Assembly (NCBI GenBank): GCA_051252135.1
Contig: JBPOGH010000010.1
Span: 64,001 to 128,000, forward strand
Length of the DNA stretch: 64,000 bases
DNA from: Verrucomicrobiaceae bacterium
Lineage (GTDB): Bacteria > Verrucomicrobiota > Verrucomicrobiia > Verrucomicrobiales > Akkermansiaceae
Direction of reading: 5' to 3'
This document shows positions 54,433 through 63,859 of the stretch, piece by piece; the stretch's first letter is position 1, and every line of letters starts with the position of its first letter. The position numbers and the translations under genes were made by a program. The notes under the pieces were generated by a model, which did no database searches, was not told the origin of the DNA, and saw nothing but the letters and a program-made list of their open reading frames with translations.

Positions 54433-55194
54433 CTATTGAGGGGTCCAGCGGATGCGGTAGAATTTTTGATTCGAGTCGGGGCGCGGGAAGGACGGGGGTG
54501 AGTTGGGGTCGGCGAAGCCGCAGGCGATGATTTCCCATTCATCGGTGAGTTCTTCTTCAGACTCTTCGAGAACGAACACTCCGTTTGCGGGGATTCCGGT
54601 GAGGACGAAAGCATCTCCATGGTTCGAGAGGCCCGGGGACAGGAAGGTGGCAGGGAGGCGCCATTCCTGGGCTTCCGGGGGATGGGCCGAGATGAAGGCG
54701 TAGTAGCCCTGGAGTCCTCCGTTTTTTTCGACGTAACCGACTCCGATGAGCGTTTGATTGAGGTAGAACTCGGAACCGTTGGGATTTTTCTCACCGAAGA
54801 CGTGGACTTTGTGGGAGGGGGAATTGAGCCAGGACAGGGTGGCGGTTTCGCCGTCCTCCGGATTGTTGAGGGTGAGGCTTTCGATGAAGTTTTGGCCGGC
54901 GGTGTACCATGCGGGTGCGGGATAGCCGATGTCTCTGAGCCGGTCGTTGGCGTCCTTTTTGGTGTGAGGGTTGAAGTGGGCGAAGAAGCCCCCGTCGTTC
55001 ATGTCCTGACAGTGTTGCCGGGCGATGGCGCAAAGGCGGGGGTCGAGCTGCATGACGGTCCGCCGCTGGGAGGGATGCCCGCTGATGGCTTCAAAGAGTT
55101 CCCGCTCGGTTGAATTCAGCTCGAAGAGGCTGACGGCCTTGAGAGGGGACAGAACACAAGTTGCCGAGAGGAGAATTCGTGCGACGAGATTCAT
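54433..55194 (-). CDS. Exported CAP/SCP-domain protein with a C-terminal beta domain ending ...QKFYRI
   Basis: ARQHCQDMNDGGFFAH, WLNSPSH, IGVGY; signal peptide from ATG 55194. Confidence 0.82.
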   Translation of the reverse strand: MNLVARILLSATCVLSPLKAVSLFELNSTERELFEAISGHPSQRRTVMQLDPRLCAIARQHCQDMNDGGFFAHFNPHTKKDANDRLRDIGYPAPAWYTAGQNFIESLTLNNPEDGETATLSWLNSPSHKVHVFGEKNPNGSEFYLNQTLIGVGYVEKNGGLQGYYAFISAHPPEAQEWRLPATFLSPGLSNHGDAFVLTGIPANGVFVLEESEEELTDEWEIIACGFADPNSPPSFPRPDSNQKFYRIRWTPQ

Positions 55195-55246
55195 GCCTAA
55201 ACGGTAAGGTTTCCTGAGTCCGCTGTCCAGAGGAGGAGTCAGAGGG

Positions 55247-55675
55247 CTAGCCTTTGTCGTCGTAGTATCTCCACGCTCCCTTGTGGCGTTTGAAGCGGGA
55301 GCGCTCATGGAGTTCGCCGCGATTGGGGCCGAGGTAGTAGATGGCGGTGAATTCGACTTTCCCCTGTTTATCGGTCTTGGTGCCTTTAGAGGTGCCGTGG
55401 ACGGTGAGGAAGTTCCAGTTGATGTTGTAGATGGTCTTTTTGAGCTCCTGTTTGAGGTTGGGCTCACGGGTGTCGGGGTGGTGGGTCTCGACGAGGTAGT
55501 CGATGAGGCGAAAGAAATAGGCGCTGTATCGTGAGCGCATGAGTTCCTCGGCGGTCTCGGGCTTTGCCTTGCCGACATGAAAGGGGCGGCAACAGGCGGC
55601 GTAGGTGGCGCGGCTCTTGCAGGGGCAAAGGGATTCGTCGCGTTCGCGCGGGGGTCGGTCGGGATGGTCGCTCAC
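55247..55675 (-). CDS. YchJ family (SEC-C + NTF2-like) protein
   Basis: CPCKS...CC, AEELMRSRYSAY, VEFTA, HERSRF, WRYYD. Confidence 0.92.
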   Translation of the reverse strand: MSDHPDRPPRERDESLCPCKSRATYAACCRPFHVGKAKPETAEELMRSRYSAYFFRLIDYLVETHHPDTREPNLKQELKKTIYNINWNFLTVHGTSKGTKTDKQGKVEFTAIYYLGPNRGELHERSRFKRHKGAWRYYDDKG

Positions 55676-55823
55676 GGCACCATCATTGTTGGCAGGGCGG
55701 AGATGGCAATTCCGATCGTTGGGGAAGTCGATTTTTAGGAAGTTCAGTTGGCAGGGACCAAAACGAGGTCTAAGAAAGAATCGATCTCTGAGTTAAGACA
55801 GAGAAGACCTAATTTTCTGAACC

Positions 55824-57113
55824 ATGCAAATTTCATGCCCCCATTGTTCGACCGCGTTAGATGTGACCCAGGATCACTTGGGCCAACAGGTTCAGTGTCC
55901 CGCCTGTCAGAATCGTCTTGAGGTTCCGAAGGAAATTGCGTCATCGGGAGGAAACGCTCCGAAGAACCCCGAGCGGATGGGATGGGAAGAAGGGGATCAT
56001 GCCAATGTGAGCTTTGGAAAGAGCCTGCTTATTGGGGCGGGGATCACGGTGGTGTATTTGCTGATGATGGTGCCGTTCAAGGGGGCGAGGTTTGGCGATC
56101 TGTTTCTTGACCGGGGATGGGTGAATTATGTGGAAACCTTTCTCTTCTTTTGGGGGATCGTGATTCTGGTGATGAAGTGGAAGAAGAACCAGGGGCAGGA
56201 GCGAGCGGTTTTGCTTAACCTGTTTCCGGAGCATCTTGGGAAGGAGATTCATGCGGGGAATGTGGGGGCGTTTATTGATAACATTTACAACGTGCCGCTT
56301 TCGCTGAGGGACAGTATTATTGTGAACCGGATTCGGAAGGCGCTGGAGCTCTTTGAGTCGCGGGTGGACAACGGAGAGGTGGGGGCGTTTTTGAATACGC
56401 AGTCGGACATTGATGCGAACCGGTCGGGTGGTTCCTACACACTGGTGAAGGTGTTTTTGTGGGCGATTCCGATTTTGGGATTTATTGGAACGGTGATGGG
56501 CTTGTCGGTGGCGGTGGGTTCGCTGGCGATGGGAGACAATGCCGATCCGGAGGCGCTCAAGGCGTCGATCAACAGTCTGACCGGGGGGCTGGGAGTGGCC
56601 TTTGACACGACCTTGCTGGGTTTGATTCTGAGTATCCTGTTGAGTTTCCCTTTGGCGGCGGTGCAGAAGAAGGAGGATGAGACGCTGACGATGATTGATG
56701 CGTTTTGCGTGGAGAAGCTGCTGCCCAAGTTGAACGACAGCCGTAATTTGGTGGGAGATGAGTTGCTTGAGCAGGCGGACAGTATTCCGCAGCTGGTGTC
56801 ATCGCTGGCGCGGGCGCATGAGACCTTTTTGGTGAATCTGAATGAATCGACCCGCCTGCTGAGTCAGACGGGCGAGGTCTTGCAGAAGCGCCTGGAAGAG
56901 CACCAGTCGGTGGTGGAGAAATCCTTCACGGAGGCGGTGGCCAAGATGTCTGATACGAGCAGCGAGGTGTTTTTGAAATCGCATCTTCAGCTTGAGCGAA
57001 CCTTTGAGAACCTGTCCCACGGGATCGATTCGATCAACCGGTCGCTGAAGGATTTGGGCGAGAACAAGATTCCCAACGAGGCCAAAAAGAAAAAGGGCTT
57101 CTTTTCCCGATAG
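55824..57113 (+). CDS. MotA/TolQ/ExbB proton-channel family protein with an N-terminal zinc ribbon and a C-terminal helical tail
   Basis: CPHC...CPAC; four TM segments; AIPILGFIGTVMGL and GLGVAFDTTLLGL motifs. Confidence 0.88.
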   Translation: MQISCPHCSTALDVTQDHLGQQVQCPACQNRLEVPKEIASSGGNAPKNPERMGWEEGDHANVSFGKSLLIGAGITVVYLLMMVPFKGARFGDLFLDRGWVNYVETFLFFWGIVILVMKWKKNQGQERAVLLNLFPEHLGKEIHAGNVGAFIDNIYNVPLSLRDSIIVNRIRKALELFESRVDNGEVGAFLNTQSDIDANRSGGSYTLVKVFLWAIPILGFIGTVMGLSVAVGSLAMGDNADPEALKASINSLTGGLGVAFDTTLLGLILSILLSFPLAAVQKKEDETLTMIDAFCVEKLLPKLNDSRNLVGDELLEQADSIPQLVSSLARAHETFLVNLNESTRLLSQTGEVLQKRLEEHQSVVEKSFTEAVAKMSDTSSEVFLKSHLQLERTFENLSHGIDSINRSLKDLGENKIPNEAKKKKGFFSR

Positions 57114-57119
57114 ATCACT

Positions 57120-57935
57120 GTGGCACGACGTCCTAAAGATACCGCGAACGGGGTTTCCCTGTTTCCCTTCATGAGCATTCTGGCATGCCTCATCGGGATT
57201 CTGACGCTCATGATCAGCGTGATGATGCAGGTGCAGCAGATGGAAAAGGACGGTCGGACGGAAGAGGAGATGGAGAGGGCGTTGAAGAATCGAGATCTCC
57301 AGGTGCAGGCGGAAGAACTGGAGAACGAGATTTCATCGCTGGAAGAGAAGCTGAAGGAAGAGAAAGAGACGGTATCCGAAATGGTGAAACTGGATGACCG
57401 GAGGATCGCATTGACGATGAAGCTGGAGGAATTGAAAAAAGCAAAGGATCCGAAGCTTACGGATGTGGAGTTGCAGAAGCGGGTTGAGAATTTGAAGAAG
57501 GAAGTGAAGGCGATCCGTCAGGAAAGACCGCCCTTATCGAAACGGCTGAAGGAACTTGAGGACGAATTGAAGGCTCGAAAAGAAGCGCCCAAGCCGAAGG
57601 AGTCGGTGGTGGTGCAGCCGCGGGGATTGGGGGAGCGGGGACCGGATGAGATTTTTTTCGTGGAGTGTAATTCGACGGGGATAGTTTTGCTGGATGCGGA
57701 AGGCGGGCCGAAGCCGATCTCGACGGCGGCGATCAGGACGAGCGGGGTTTATGCGGCGTATCTCGACAAGGTGAAGAAGACGCGTGATTCCATGGTGCTG
57801 TTTCTGATCCGGAAGTCGGGTGATGCGGCCTACCGGTGGGCGGCGGGTGCGGCGGAGGTTCAGTATGAATTGCCGACGGGAAAGCTTCCGATTCCGAATG
57901 ACGGAGAGATTGATTTATCACTTTTTAACCGCTGA
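57120..57935 (+). CDS. ExbD/TolR-like bitopic protein with a long coiled-coil (no TM Asp)
   Basis: MARR...VSLFPFMSILACLIGIL TM, coiled-coil, small C-terminal domain; directly after the TolQ-like gene. Confidence 0.7.
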   Translation: MARRPKDTANGVSLFPFMSILACLIGILTLMISVMMQVQQMEKDGRTEEEMERALKNRDLQVQAEELENEISSLEEKLKEEKETVSEMVKLDDRRIALTMKLEELKKAKDPKLTDVELQKRVENLKKEVKAIRQERPPLSKRLKELEDELKARKEAPKPKESVVVQPRGLGERGPDEIFFVECNSTGIVLLDAEGGPKPISTAAIRTSGVYAAYLDKVKKTRDSMVLFLIRKSGDAAYRWAAGAAEVQYELPTGKLPIPNDGEIDLSLFNR

Positions 57936-57941
57936 AGACCG

Positions 57942-59042
57942 ATGGCGAGACGACGTAAATCCAACTCAGCCGAGGGAGTCAATCTGGACTCCCTGATGGA
58001 TGCGCTTACGAACGTGGTGGCGGTGTTGATTCTGGTTCTCATTCTGGTGCAGGCGGATGTGAGCCAGAAGGTGGTGCAGTTTTTGGAAGGGTTGCTTCCG
58101 GCGACGCCCGAGCAGGTGGTGGAGGCCGAGGAGAAGGCGGAGGAGCTGGAGGAGAAAAAAGCGAGGGTGGAACAATTGTTGACCGAGGAAGCGCCCACGC
58201 CTGAGAAAATCGAGGCGGAGAAGCGACAACTGGCGCTGCTGGAGAAATCGGTGAAGGAGAATACGGAGCTTCTGGCTGATCTTGAGGAGCTCAGGAAGCT
58301 GGAGAAGAAGGCGCGTGAGGAGCGGGACAAGGAGGCGGAGGAGACGAAGAAGATTCAGGAGGAAATTGCGAGGCTGGAGGCTTTATTGGATGAGACGCCG
58401 GTGTTGAAAGTGGACCCGACGGTCGTGAGTATTCCGACGAGCCGGCCGGTGCCGAAGAATGCCGAGGTTTACCATGCGCTGGTGCTCAATGACCGGGTGC
58501 ATTTTGTGGATCCCTTTACGCCGCTGGAATTGTTTGAGGAGGAGTTTAAGAAGAATCGGCGGAATTTTCCCAATCAGCGGATCAAGCAACAGGGAGCGGA
58601 CCGGTATGTGTTTCAGTCGGGTCCGATTCTGAAGCACTTTGCGGGTTTTGATTTCAAGAACGCGCGGCAGCAGAAGGTTGAGCTGGTGGCGTATCCGACG
58701 GCGGTGAGGATGCACATCATTGTGACGCCGGATCATGAGAAGGGGGGGACGTCACTGGAGGAGTTGGGGCAGCCCGGGAATTCCTTTGTCGGGATTTTGG
58801 AGAAGCTGTCGCGGAATTCGAAAGCGGTGTTGTTTTTTCATGTTCATCCCAATTCGTTCAACACCTATCTGCAGGCGCGTCGATTGACGGACAAAGCGGG
58901 GGTGGCGGCGGGTTGGGAGGTGAAGCCGATGGGATCGTATGCGATCCGGATTGATGAGGTGGAGATCAAGCGGCAGGAGGAACCGCCGCCTCCGAAGCCG
59001 CAACCGGAGCGGCCTCCGGCCCTGCCTCCGAAGATTGATTAG
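57942..59042 (+). CDS. ExbD/TolR-like bitopic protein with a long coiled-coil (TM Asp present)
   Basis: MARRR...VNLDSLMDALTNVVAVLIL TM, coiled-coil, C-terminal domain and Pro-rich tail. Confidence 0.7.
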   Translation: MARRRKSNSAEGVNLDSLMDALTNVVAVLILVLILVQADVSQKVVQFLEGLLPATPEQVVEAEEKAEELEEKKARVEQLLTEEAPTPEKIEAEKRQLALLEKSVKENTELLADLEELRKLEKKAREERDKEAEETKKIQEEIARLEALLDETPVLKVDPTVVSIPTSRPVPKNAEVYHALVLNDRVHFVDPFTPLELFEEEFKKNRRNFPNQRIKQQGADRYVFQSGPILKHFAGFDFKNARQQKVELVAYPTAVRMHIIVTPDHEKGGTSLEELGQPGNSFVGILEKLSRNSKAVLFFHVHPNSFNTYLQARRLTDKAGVAAGWEVKPMGSYAIRIDEVEIKRQEEPPPPKPQPERPPALPPKID

Positions 59043-59121
59043 GGCGGGGAAGGGTAGTGAGAAAATGGGGATTGGGCAGGATTCCCGATTGGCAAGCGGG
59101 GGGCATGGGGTAGATTGCGGC

Positions 59122-60189
59122 GTGGATTCAATAACGCAGGCAGCTTTGGGGGCCGTTGTGGGCGAGTTGGTCCTGGGGAGGAAGATTGGCTGGCGTGGGG
59201 CGGCGTGGGGGTTGTTTTTTGGGACGCTGCCGGATCTGGATGTGTTGGTGATGCCGTTTTTGGATGAGGTGGACAAGATCCGGTGGCACCGGGGGATATC
59301 GCATTCGATCCTGATGATGTTTGTGGGGGCGTTGGTTTTTGCGAAGCCGCTGGCGTGGCTGCACCGGGAGAGGGGTGTGGGGGTGGGGCGCGCGGGGTGG
59401 TTTGTGTTTTTGGCGTGGAGCACGCATGTGTTGATCGACGTGTTCACGACCTACGGGACGCAGATTTATGAGCCGTTTTCGGATGAGCGGGTGTCCTTTG
59501 GGAATCTGTTCATCATTGATCCGATTTTTACGCTGCCGCTGCTGTGGTGTGTGTGGTCGGTTCTTTGTCGCTGTATCGGGGTGTGGCAGGGGGAACTGGA
59601 GACGACGGCGGTGCGATCGAGTGCGGCGTATCAGGCGCTGGGGGTGGCGGGGGCGTATGTGGCATTTAGCTTTGGGATGAAGGAATGGGCGGGTGGCAAG
59701 ATGGAGGAGCGGGTGGCGGCTGAATTTGAGAGCGGGGAGGTGGTGTCGGTGGCGCCGACGCCCTTTAACACCGTGTTGTGGCGGGGGATGGTGGAGACGG
59801 AGGACGGGTATTGGGTGACGTATTGGTCGCCCTTTGACGAGGAGCCGGGCAAGTTTGATTTTTACGCGAAGCATCATGAATTGGCGGAGCGGTTTGAGGG
59901 GGAGGAGATGTTTGAGAATCTCAAGTGGTTTGCGCAGGATGACTGGGTGGCACGGCGGGGGGAGGAGGGGAAGGTGGTGTTTGTGAATATGAGATTCGGG
60001 GAGATGAGGAACCGGGAGATGCAGCAGCAGTTACCGATGTTTCAGTGGCACCTTTGGTATGATGAGAATGGTGATTTTCAGGCGCCTTCTTATCGTCCCC
60101 GCGATCTTGATATCGGGGGGGCACTTCTGTTACTCTGGGACCGCGTCAGGGGGGAAACCACTGAATGGGAAGGAATGAAGAGATTTTGA
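59122..60189 (+). CDS. Membrane-bound metal-dependent hydrolase (YdjM/YfhP-like)
   Basis: DSITQAALG, PDLD, HRGISHS, HVLIDVFTTYG, FIIDP. Start trimmed to GTG 59122. Confidence 0.9.
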   Translation: MDSITQAALGAVVGELVLGRKIGWRGAAWGLFFGTLPDLDVLVMPFLDEVDKIRWHRGISHSILMMFVGALVFAKPLAWLHRERGVGVGRAGWFVFLAWSTHVLIDVFTTYGTQIYEPFSDERVSFGNLFIIDPIFTLPLLWCVWSVLCRCIGVWQGELETTAVRSSAAYQALGVAGAYVAFSFGMKEWAGGKMEERVAAEFESGEVVSVAPTPFNTVLWRGMVETEDGYWVTYWSPFDEEPGKFDFYAKHHELAERFEGEEMFENLKWFAQDDWVARRGEEGKVVFVNMRFGEMRNREMQQQLPMFQWHLWYDENGDFQAPSYRPRDLDIGGALLLLWDRVRGETTEWEGMKRF

Positions 60190-60893
60190 AAGTAGGAAGA
60201 ACACTGGCGATCGGTGACGTTCACGGGAGTTTGAAGGCGCTCAAGAAGCTCTTAAAGTGGGTAGATCCTCAGGAGGAGGACCGCATCATCATGCTCGGGG
60301 ATTATGTGGACCGGGGGAAGAAGTCGAAGAAGGTGATCGATTACCTGTTGAAGTGGAAGTGGTCTGCGGAGTTGATCACCCTGAAGGGGAATCATGAGTT
60401 GATCATGGATCATGCGCGCTTGTCTCCGGTGCACTTGAAGTACTGGAAAGAGGTGGGTGGCGGGGCGACGCTCAAGTCGTATGGGGGATCGTTGGATCTG
60501 GTTCCTCCAGAGCATTGGGAGTTTATCCGGGGAGGGCGTTATTTTTACGAGACGGAGGATTTTATTTACGTCCATGGTGGGTTGGAGCCGCACTTGCCCC
60601 CCGAAGATCAGGATCAGGAGGAGATGTGCTGGTGGCGTTTCCCCGATGCGCGACCGCATTTTTCAGGGAAGACGGTGGTGTGCGGGCACACGGTGCAGCG
60701 GAACGGGAAGCCGAAGGACAAGGGGCACAGCATTTGCATCGACACGGCGGCGTGCCGGGGCGGGTGGCTGACTTGTCTTGATGCGTCGCGAGGGCGATTT
60801 TGGCAGACCAACCAGAAGGGGGAGTTTCGGAACGGGAAGTTGCCGCGGCGGCACCGGAAGATGCGCAAGAATCCGGACGGGAAGGTGCACTGA
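60165..60893 (+). CDS. Calcineurin-like metallophosphoesterase (PPP/ApaH-like)
   Basis: GDVHG, GDYVDRG, GNHE, HGG, GHT, IDT. Confidence 0.93.
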   Translation: MGRNEEILKVGRTLAIGDVHGSLKALKKLLKWVDPQEEDRIIMLGDYVDRGKKSKKVIDYLLKWKWSAELITLKGNHELIMDHARLSPVHLKYWKEVGGGATLKSYGGSLDLVPPEHWEFIRGGRYFYETEDFIYVHGGLEPHLPPEDQDQEEMCWWRFPDARPHFSGKTVVCGHTVQRNGKPKDKGHSICIDTAACRGGWLTCLDASRGRFWQTNQKGEFRNGKLPRRHRKMRKNPDGKVH

Positions 60894-61444
60894 AGCCCTT
60901 TTGGAGTGTGGCGGCGTTGCTCTGGGAGCCGCTGATCATCAGCGTCGCCCTTCGCGCCTTGCCAGACTTCAAAATGACTTGCAGCAGCGAACTCCCTCTT
61001 TCATCAGCGCTTCCCTAGGAAAACACTGATTCAAGAGGAAGCACGCTGAAAGGTTTAAGGGATTTTTTAGCCAGGGAAGCTTCGCTTCCGAGATGAGAGG
61101 AGCTGCAGCCCTTTTGGATTCTGGCGGTGTTGCTCAGGGAGCCGCTGATCATCAGCGTCACCCTTCGCGCCTTGCCAGACTTCAAAATGACTTGCAGCAG
61201 CGAACTCCCTCTTTAATCAGCGCTTCCCTAGGGAAACACTGCTTCAAGATGAAGCACGCTGAAAGGTTTAAGGGGTTTTTCAGCCAGGGAAGCTTCGCTT
61301 CCGAGGTAAGAGGAGCTGCAGCCCTTTTGGATTCTGGCGGCGTTGCTCAGGGAGCCGCTGATCATCAGCGTCACCCTTCGCGCCTTGCCAGACTTCAAAA
61401 TGACTTGCAGCAGCGAACTCCCTCTTTAATCAGCGCTTCCCTAG
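60894..61444. mobile_element. Tandem array of the 209-bp MITE-like element: one 5'-truncated copy plus two full copies
   Basis: CTAG at 61015, 61228 and 61441 (period 213); near-identical to 35495-35924, same orientation. Confidence 0.85.
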
Positions 61445-62346
61445 GATTTCTTCCGGGCGAGGAAGTTGATCGACCGGCAAATCTGGAACCAGGTGATGAG
61501 GCTGAGGAGGAGGGTGGCGGCGAAGGTGGCGAGGGCGAATTGGTGGCTGGGATTGGAGAAATCATCAGGGATTTCCCGGCCGAGGATGAGCATGAGGGCG
61601 ATGACCTGGGTCATGAGGACCTCGATGCAGAACAGGAGGAAGACGGGGATCCAGACGGAGTGGGCTTCGGAGAGTCCGGGGTGTCGTTTGACATTGAAGT
61701 TCCACAATTTGGCCCAACCGAAAATGGCGGCGAAGGCCCAGATGGCGTTGAAGAAGGGGATGAGAAGGATGCTGACGGCCTTGGTGCCGCTCATGGGTGC
61801 TCCGAGGATGCGCATCATTTCCCAGGCGCGGTGGAGGTAGACGATGGAGAAGAAGAACCAGAGAAGTCCGCTGAGGGCGGAGAAGGAGTAGTAGATGGAG
61901 CTGGTGGGAGGGTCTTCTTCGACGAGTCCGGCGTAGCCCAGTCCGGCGCAGAGCAGGACGAAGAGGAAGAGGAGGGGGAAGCTGACGTCCTTCAGGTAAG
62001 GGAGGTAGAGGCCTCCCGGCGGGCCGTCGGCGATGGTGCGCTCGGCTTTGGGGGTGGCGTAGGGATCGTCATTCCCGAGGCTGGATTTGGGTCCCGGGTC
62101 TTCTTCCTTTTTGGGCTGGGAGTTGGGCAGGAGGCCGACGATTTCTCCGGCGGGGTAGTCCTGTTCGTCCCCTTCCCGCCAGACGGTGGTGGAGTGGGTG
62201 AGTTTTCCCTCCATGGCATCCTGCCGCAAGGTGCGGAAGGGCATGGGGCCGTGATCCTTTCCCTTCGCATCGGTGTAGAACCACCAAAGGGCCTCGGGAG
62301 GTCCCAATGGTGATTTGAAGTCGCGTTTTTTACGAGGGAGAGCCAC
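61441..62346 (-). CDS. GYF_2 (DUF4339)-domain membrane protein
   Basis: WFY....DHGP...L...GKL...T.VWREG; DPYATP linker; multi-TM C-terminus with LLIPFFN. Confidence 0.82.
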   Translation of the reverse strand: MALPRKKRDFKSPLGPPEALWWFYTDAKGKDHGPMPFRTLRQDAMEGKLTHSTTVWREGDEQDYPAGEIVGLLPNSQPKKEEDPGPKSSLGNDDPYATPKAERTIADGPPGGLYLPYLKDVSFPLLFLFVLLCAGLGYAGLVEEDPPTSSIYYSFSALSGLLWFFFSIVYLHRAWEMMRILGAPMSGTKAVSILLIPFFNAIWAFAAIFGWAKLWNFNVKRHPGLSEAHSVWIPVFLLFCIEVLMTQVIALMLILGREIPDDFSNPSHQFALATFAATLLLSLITWFQICRSINFLARKKS

Positions 62347-62355
62347 AATGGAGGA

Positions 62356-63738
62356 TTAGAAGTGAATGGCGTGGCCATCGGCATCGAGGGTGGCCTCGTG
62401 GATGGCTTCGGCGAGCGTGGGGTGGGCGTGGATGGTGGCGTGGATGTCGTCGATGGTAGCTTCCATGGCGACGGCGAGTCCCATTTCGGAGATGAGGTCG
62501 GTGGCGTTCTCACCGATGATGTGAGCGCCGAGGACTTCGCCGTGTTCTTTTCCGAAGAGGATTTTGACGAAGCCTTCGGTCTCGCCGCTGGCTTGTGCCT
62601 TTCCAAGTGCCTGGTAGGGGAAGCGTCCGACTTTGTAGTCGACGCCTTCCTCCTGAAGGGCCCGCTCGGTCTTACCGACGGAAGCGACCTCCGGGTAGCA
62701 GTAGGTGCAGCCGGGGAATTGGTCGACACGGCGGACCTGGTGGCCTTCGACAAACATTCCTTCGACACACTGCATGGCTTCGAAGCTGGCGGTGTGGGCG
62801 AGCCAGGGAGGGCCGGAGATGTCACCGATGGCGTAGACGCCGGGGATGGAGGTCTGGTAGCGCTCGTCGATCTGAACCCAGCCGCGGTCGGTGAGTTGGG
62901 GCTGTTGGCCACCGGGGAGGACGGGGGAGACTCCGATGGCGACGAGGCAGGTATCGGCGGTGAGTTCCTGGGTGCCCTTGGCGTTTTCGACGGTGATGGT
63001 GACCGAGGTGCCGTTGTCCTTGGTGGCGACGACCTTGGTATCGGTGAGGCAGTTGATGCCGGCTTTTTGGTAGCTCTTGGTGATGGCCTGGCTGACCTCG
63101 GTGTCCTCGACGGGGAGGAGGTGGGGCATCATTTCGACGAGGGTGACCTCGGTGCCGAAGGCGTTGTAGATGTAGCCGAACTCGACCCCGATGGCGCCGG
63201 CACCGATGATGATCATCGATTTGGGCTGCTTTTCGAGAACCATGGCTTCCTTTGAGGAGATGACGGAGGTTCCGTTGTAGGGCAGGCCGGGGAGTTCGCG
63301 GGACTTGGCGCCGGTGGCGATGATGATGTTTTTGGCGTCGAGGGTCTCGGTGGAGCCGTCGGCTTTTTTGACTTCGACTTTTCCTTCTCCGGAGACGGAG
63401 CCGAAGCCTTTTACGTAGTCGACCTTGTTCTTTTTGAAGAGGAACTCGATGCCGCCGGCGAGCTTGCCGGAGACCTGGCGGGAGCGGCTGATGACCTTGG
63501 ACCAGTCGTATTGGAGATTGTCGAAGCTGAGGCCGAAGGTGGCGGCGTCGTGCTTGAGCTGGTGGTAAAGGTGGGCGTTCTTGAGGAGGGCTTTGGTAGG
63601 GATGCAACCCCAGTTGAGGCAGGTTCCTCCGGCGCGTTCCATTTCGACACAGGCAACTTTTTTACCCAATTGTCCGGCGCGAATGGCGGCGACGTATCCG
63701 CCGGGGCCTCCTCCGATGACGACAAGATCGTATGACAT
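62356..63738 (-). CDS. lpdA: Dihydrolipoyl dehydrogenase
   Basis: GGGPGGYVAAI, GGTCLNWGCIPTK, HAHPTLAE. Confidence 0.97.
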   Translation of the reverse strand: MSYDLVVIGGGPGGYVAAIRAGQLGKKVACVEMERAGGTCLNWGCIPTKALLKNAHLYHQLKHDAATFGLSFDNLQYDWSKVISRSRQVSGKLAGGIEFLFKKNKVDYVKGFGSVSGEGKVEVKKADGSTETLDAKNIIIATGAKSRELPGLPYNGTSVISSKEAMVLEKQPKSMIIIGAGAIGVEFGYIYNAFGTEVTLVEMMPHLLPVEDTEVSQAITKSYQKAGINCLTDTKVVATKDNGTSVTITVENAKGTQELTADTCLVAIGVSPVLPGGQQPQLTDRGWVQIDERYQTSIPGVYAIGDISGPPWLAHTASFEAMQCVEGMFVEGHQVRRVDQFPGCTYCYPEVASVGKTERALQEEGVDYKVGRFPYQALGKAQASGETEGFVKILFGKEHGEVLGAHIIGENATDLISEMGLAVAMEATIDDIHATIHAHPTLAEAIHEATLDADGHAIHF

Positions 63739-63859
63739 GGGGGAAAGCTGGCGGGAAGGTCTGGAAGAATCAAGGGTTAAGGGGTGATTTTCAACTTTGA
63801 GATAAATATTTCCATGAGGTCACAAAAAGGTCACTTTTGAGGGTCAAGATATCCCTGTT

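Noticed and set aside
55824..59042. Zorya anti-phage system
   Set aside because: No OmpA/MotB peptidoglycan-binding domain is recognisable in the partners, there are no ZorC/D/E-like genes, and composition is native.
35495..61444. 213-bp tandem repeats as a CRISPR array
   Set aside because: Units are near-identical along their whole length with no unique spacers, are far too long, and no cas genes are present.
61093..62313. 406-aa ORF with an internal 71-aa repeat
   Set aside because: It is a read-through of the 213-bp repeat into the antisense of the GYF gene. The same frame has stop codons in the copies starting at 35495, 35708 and 61015.
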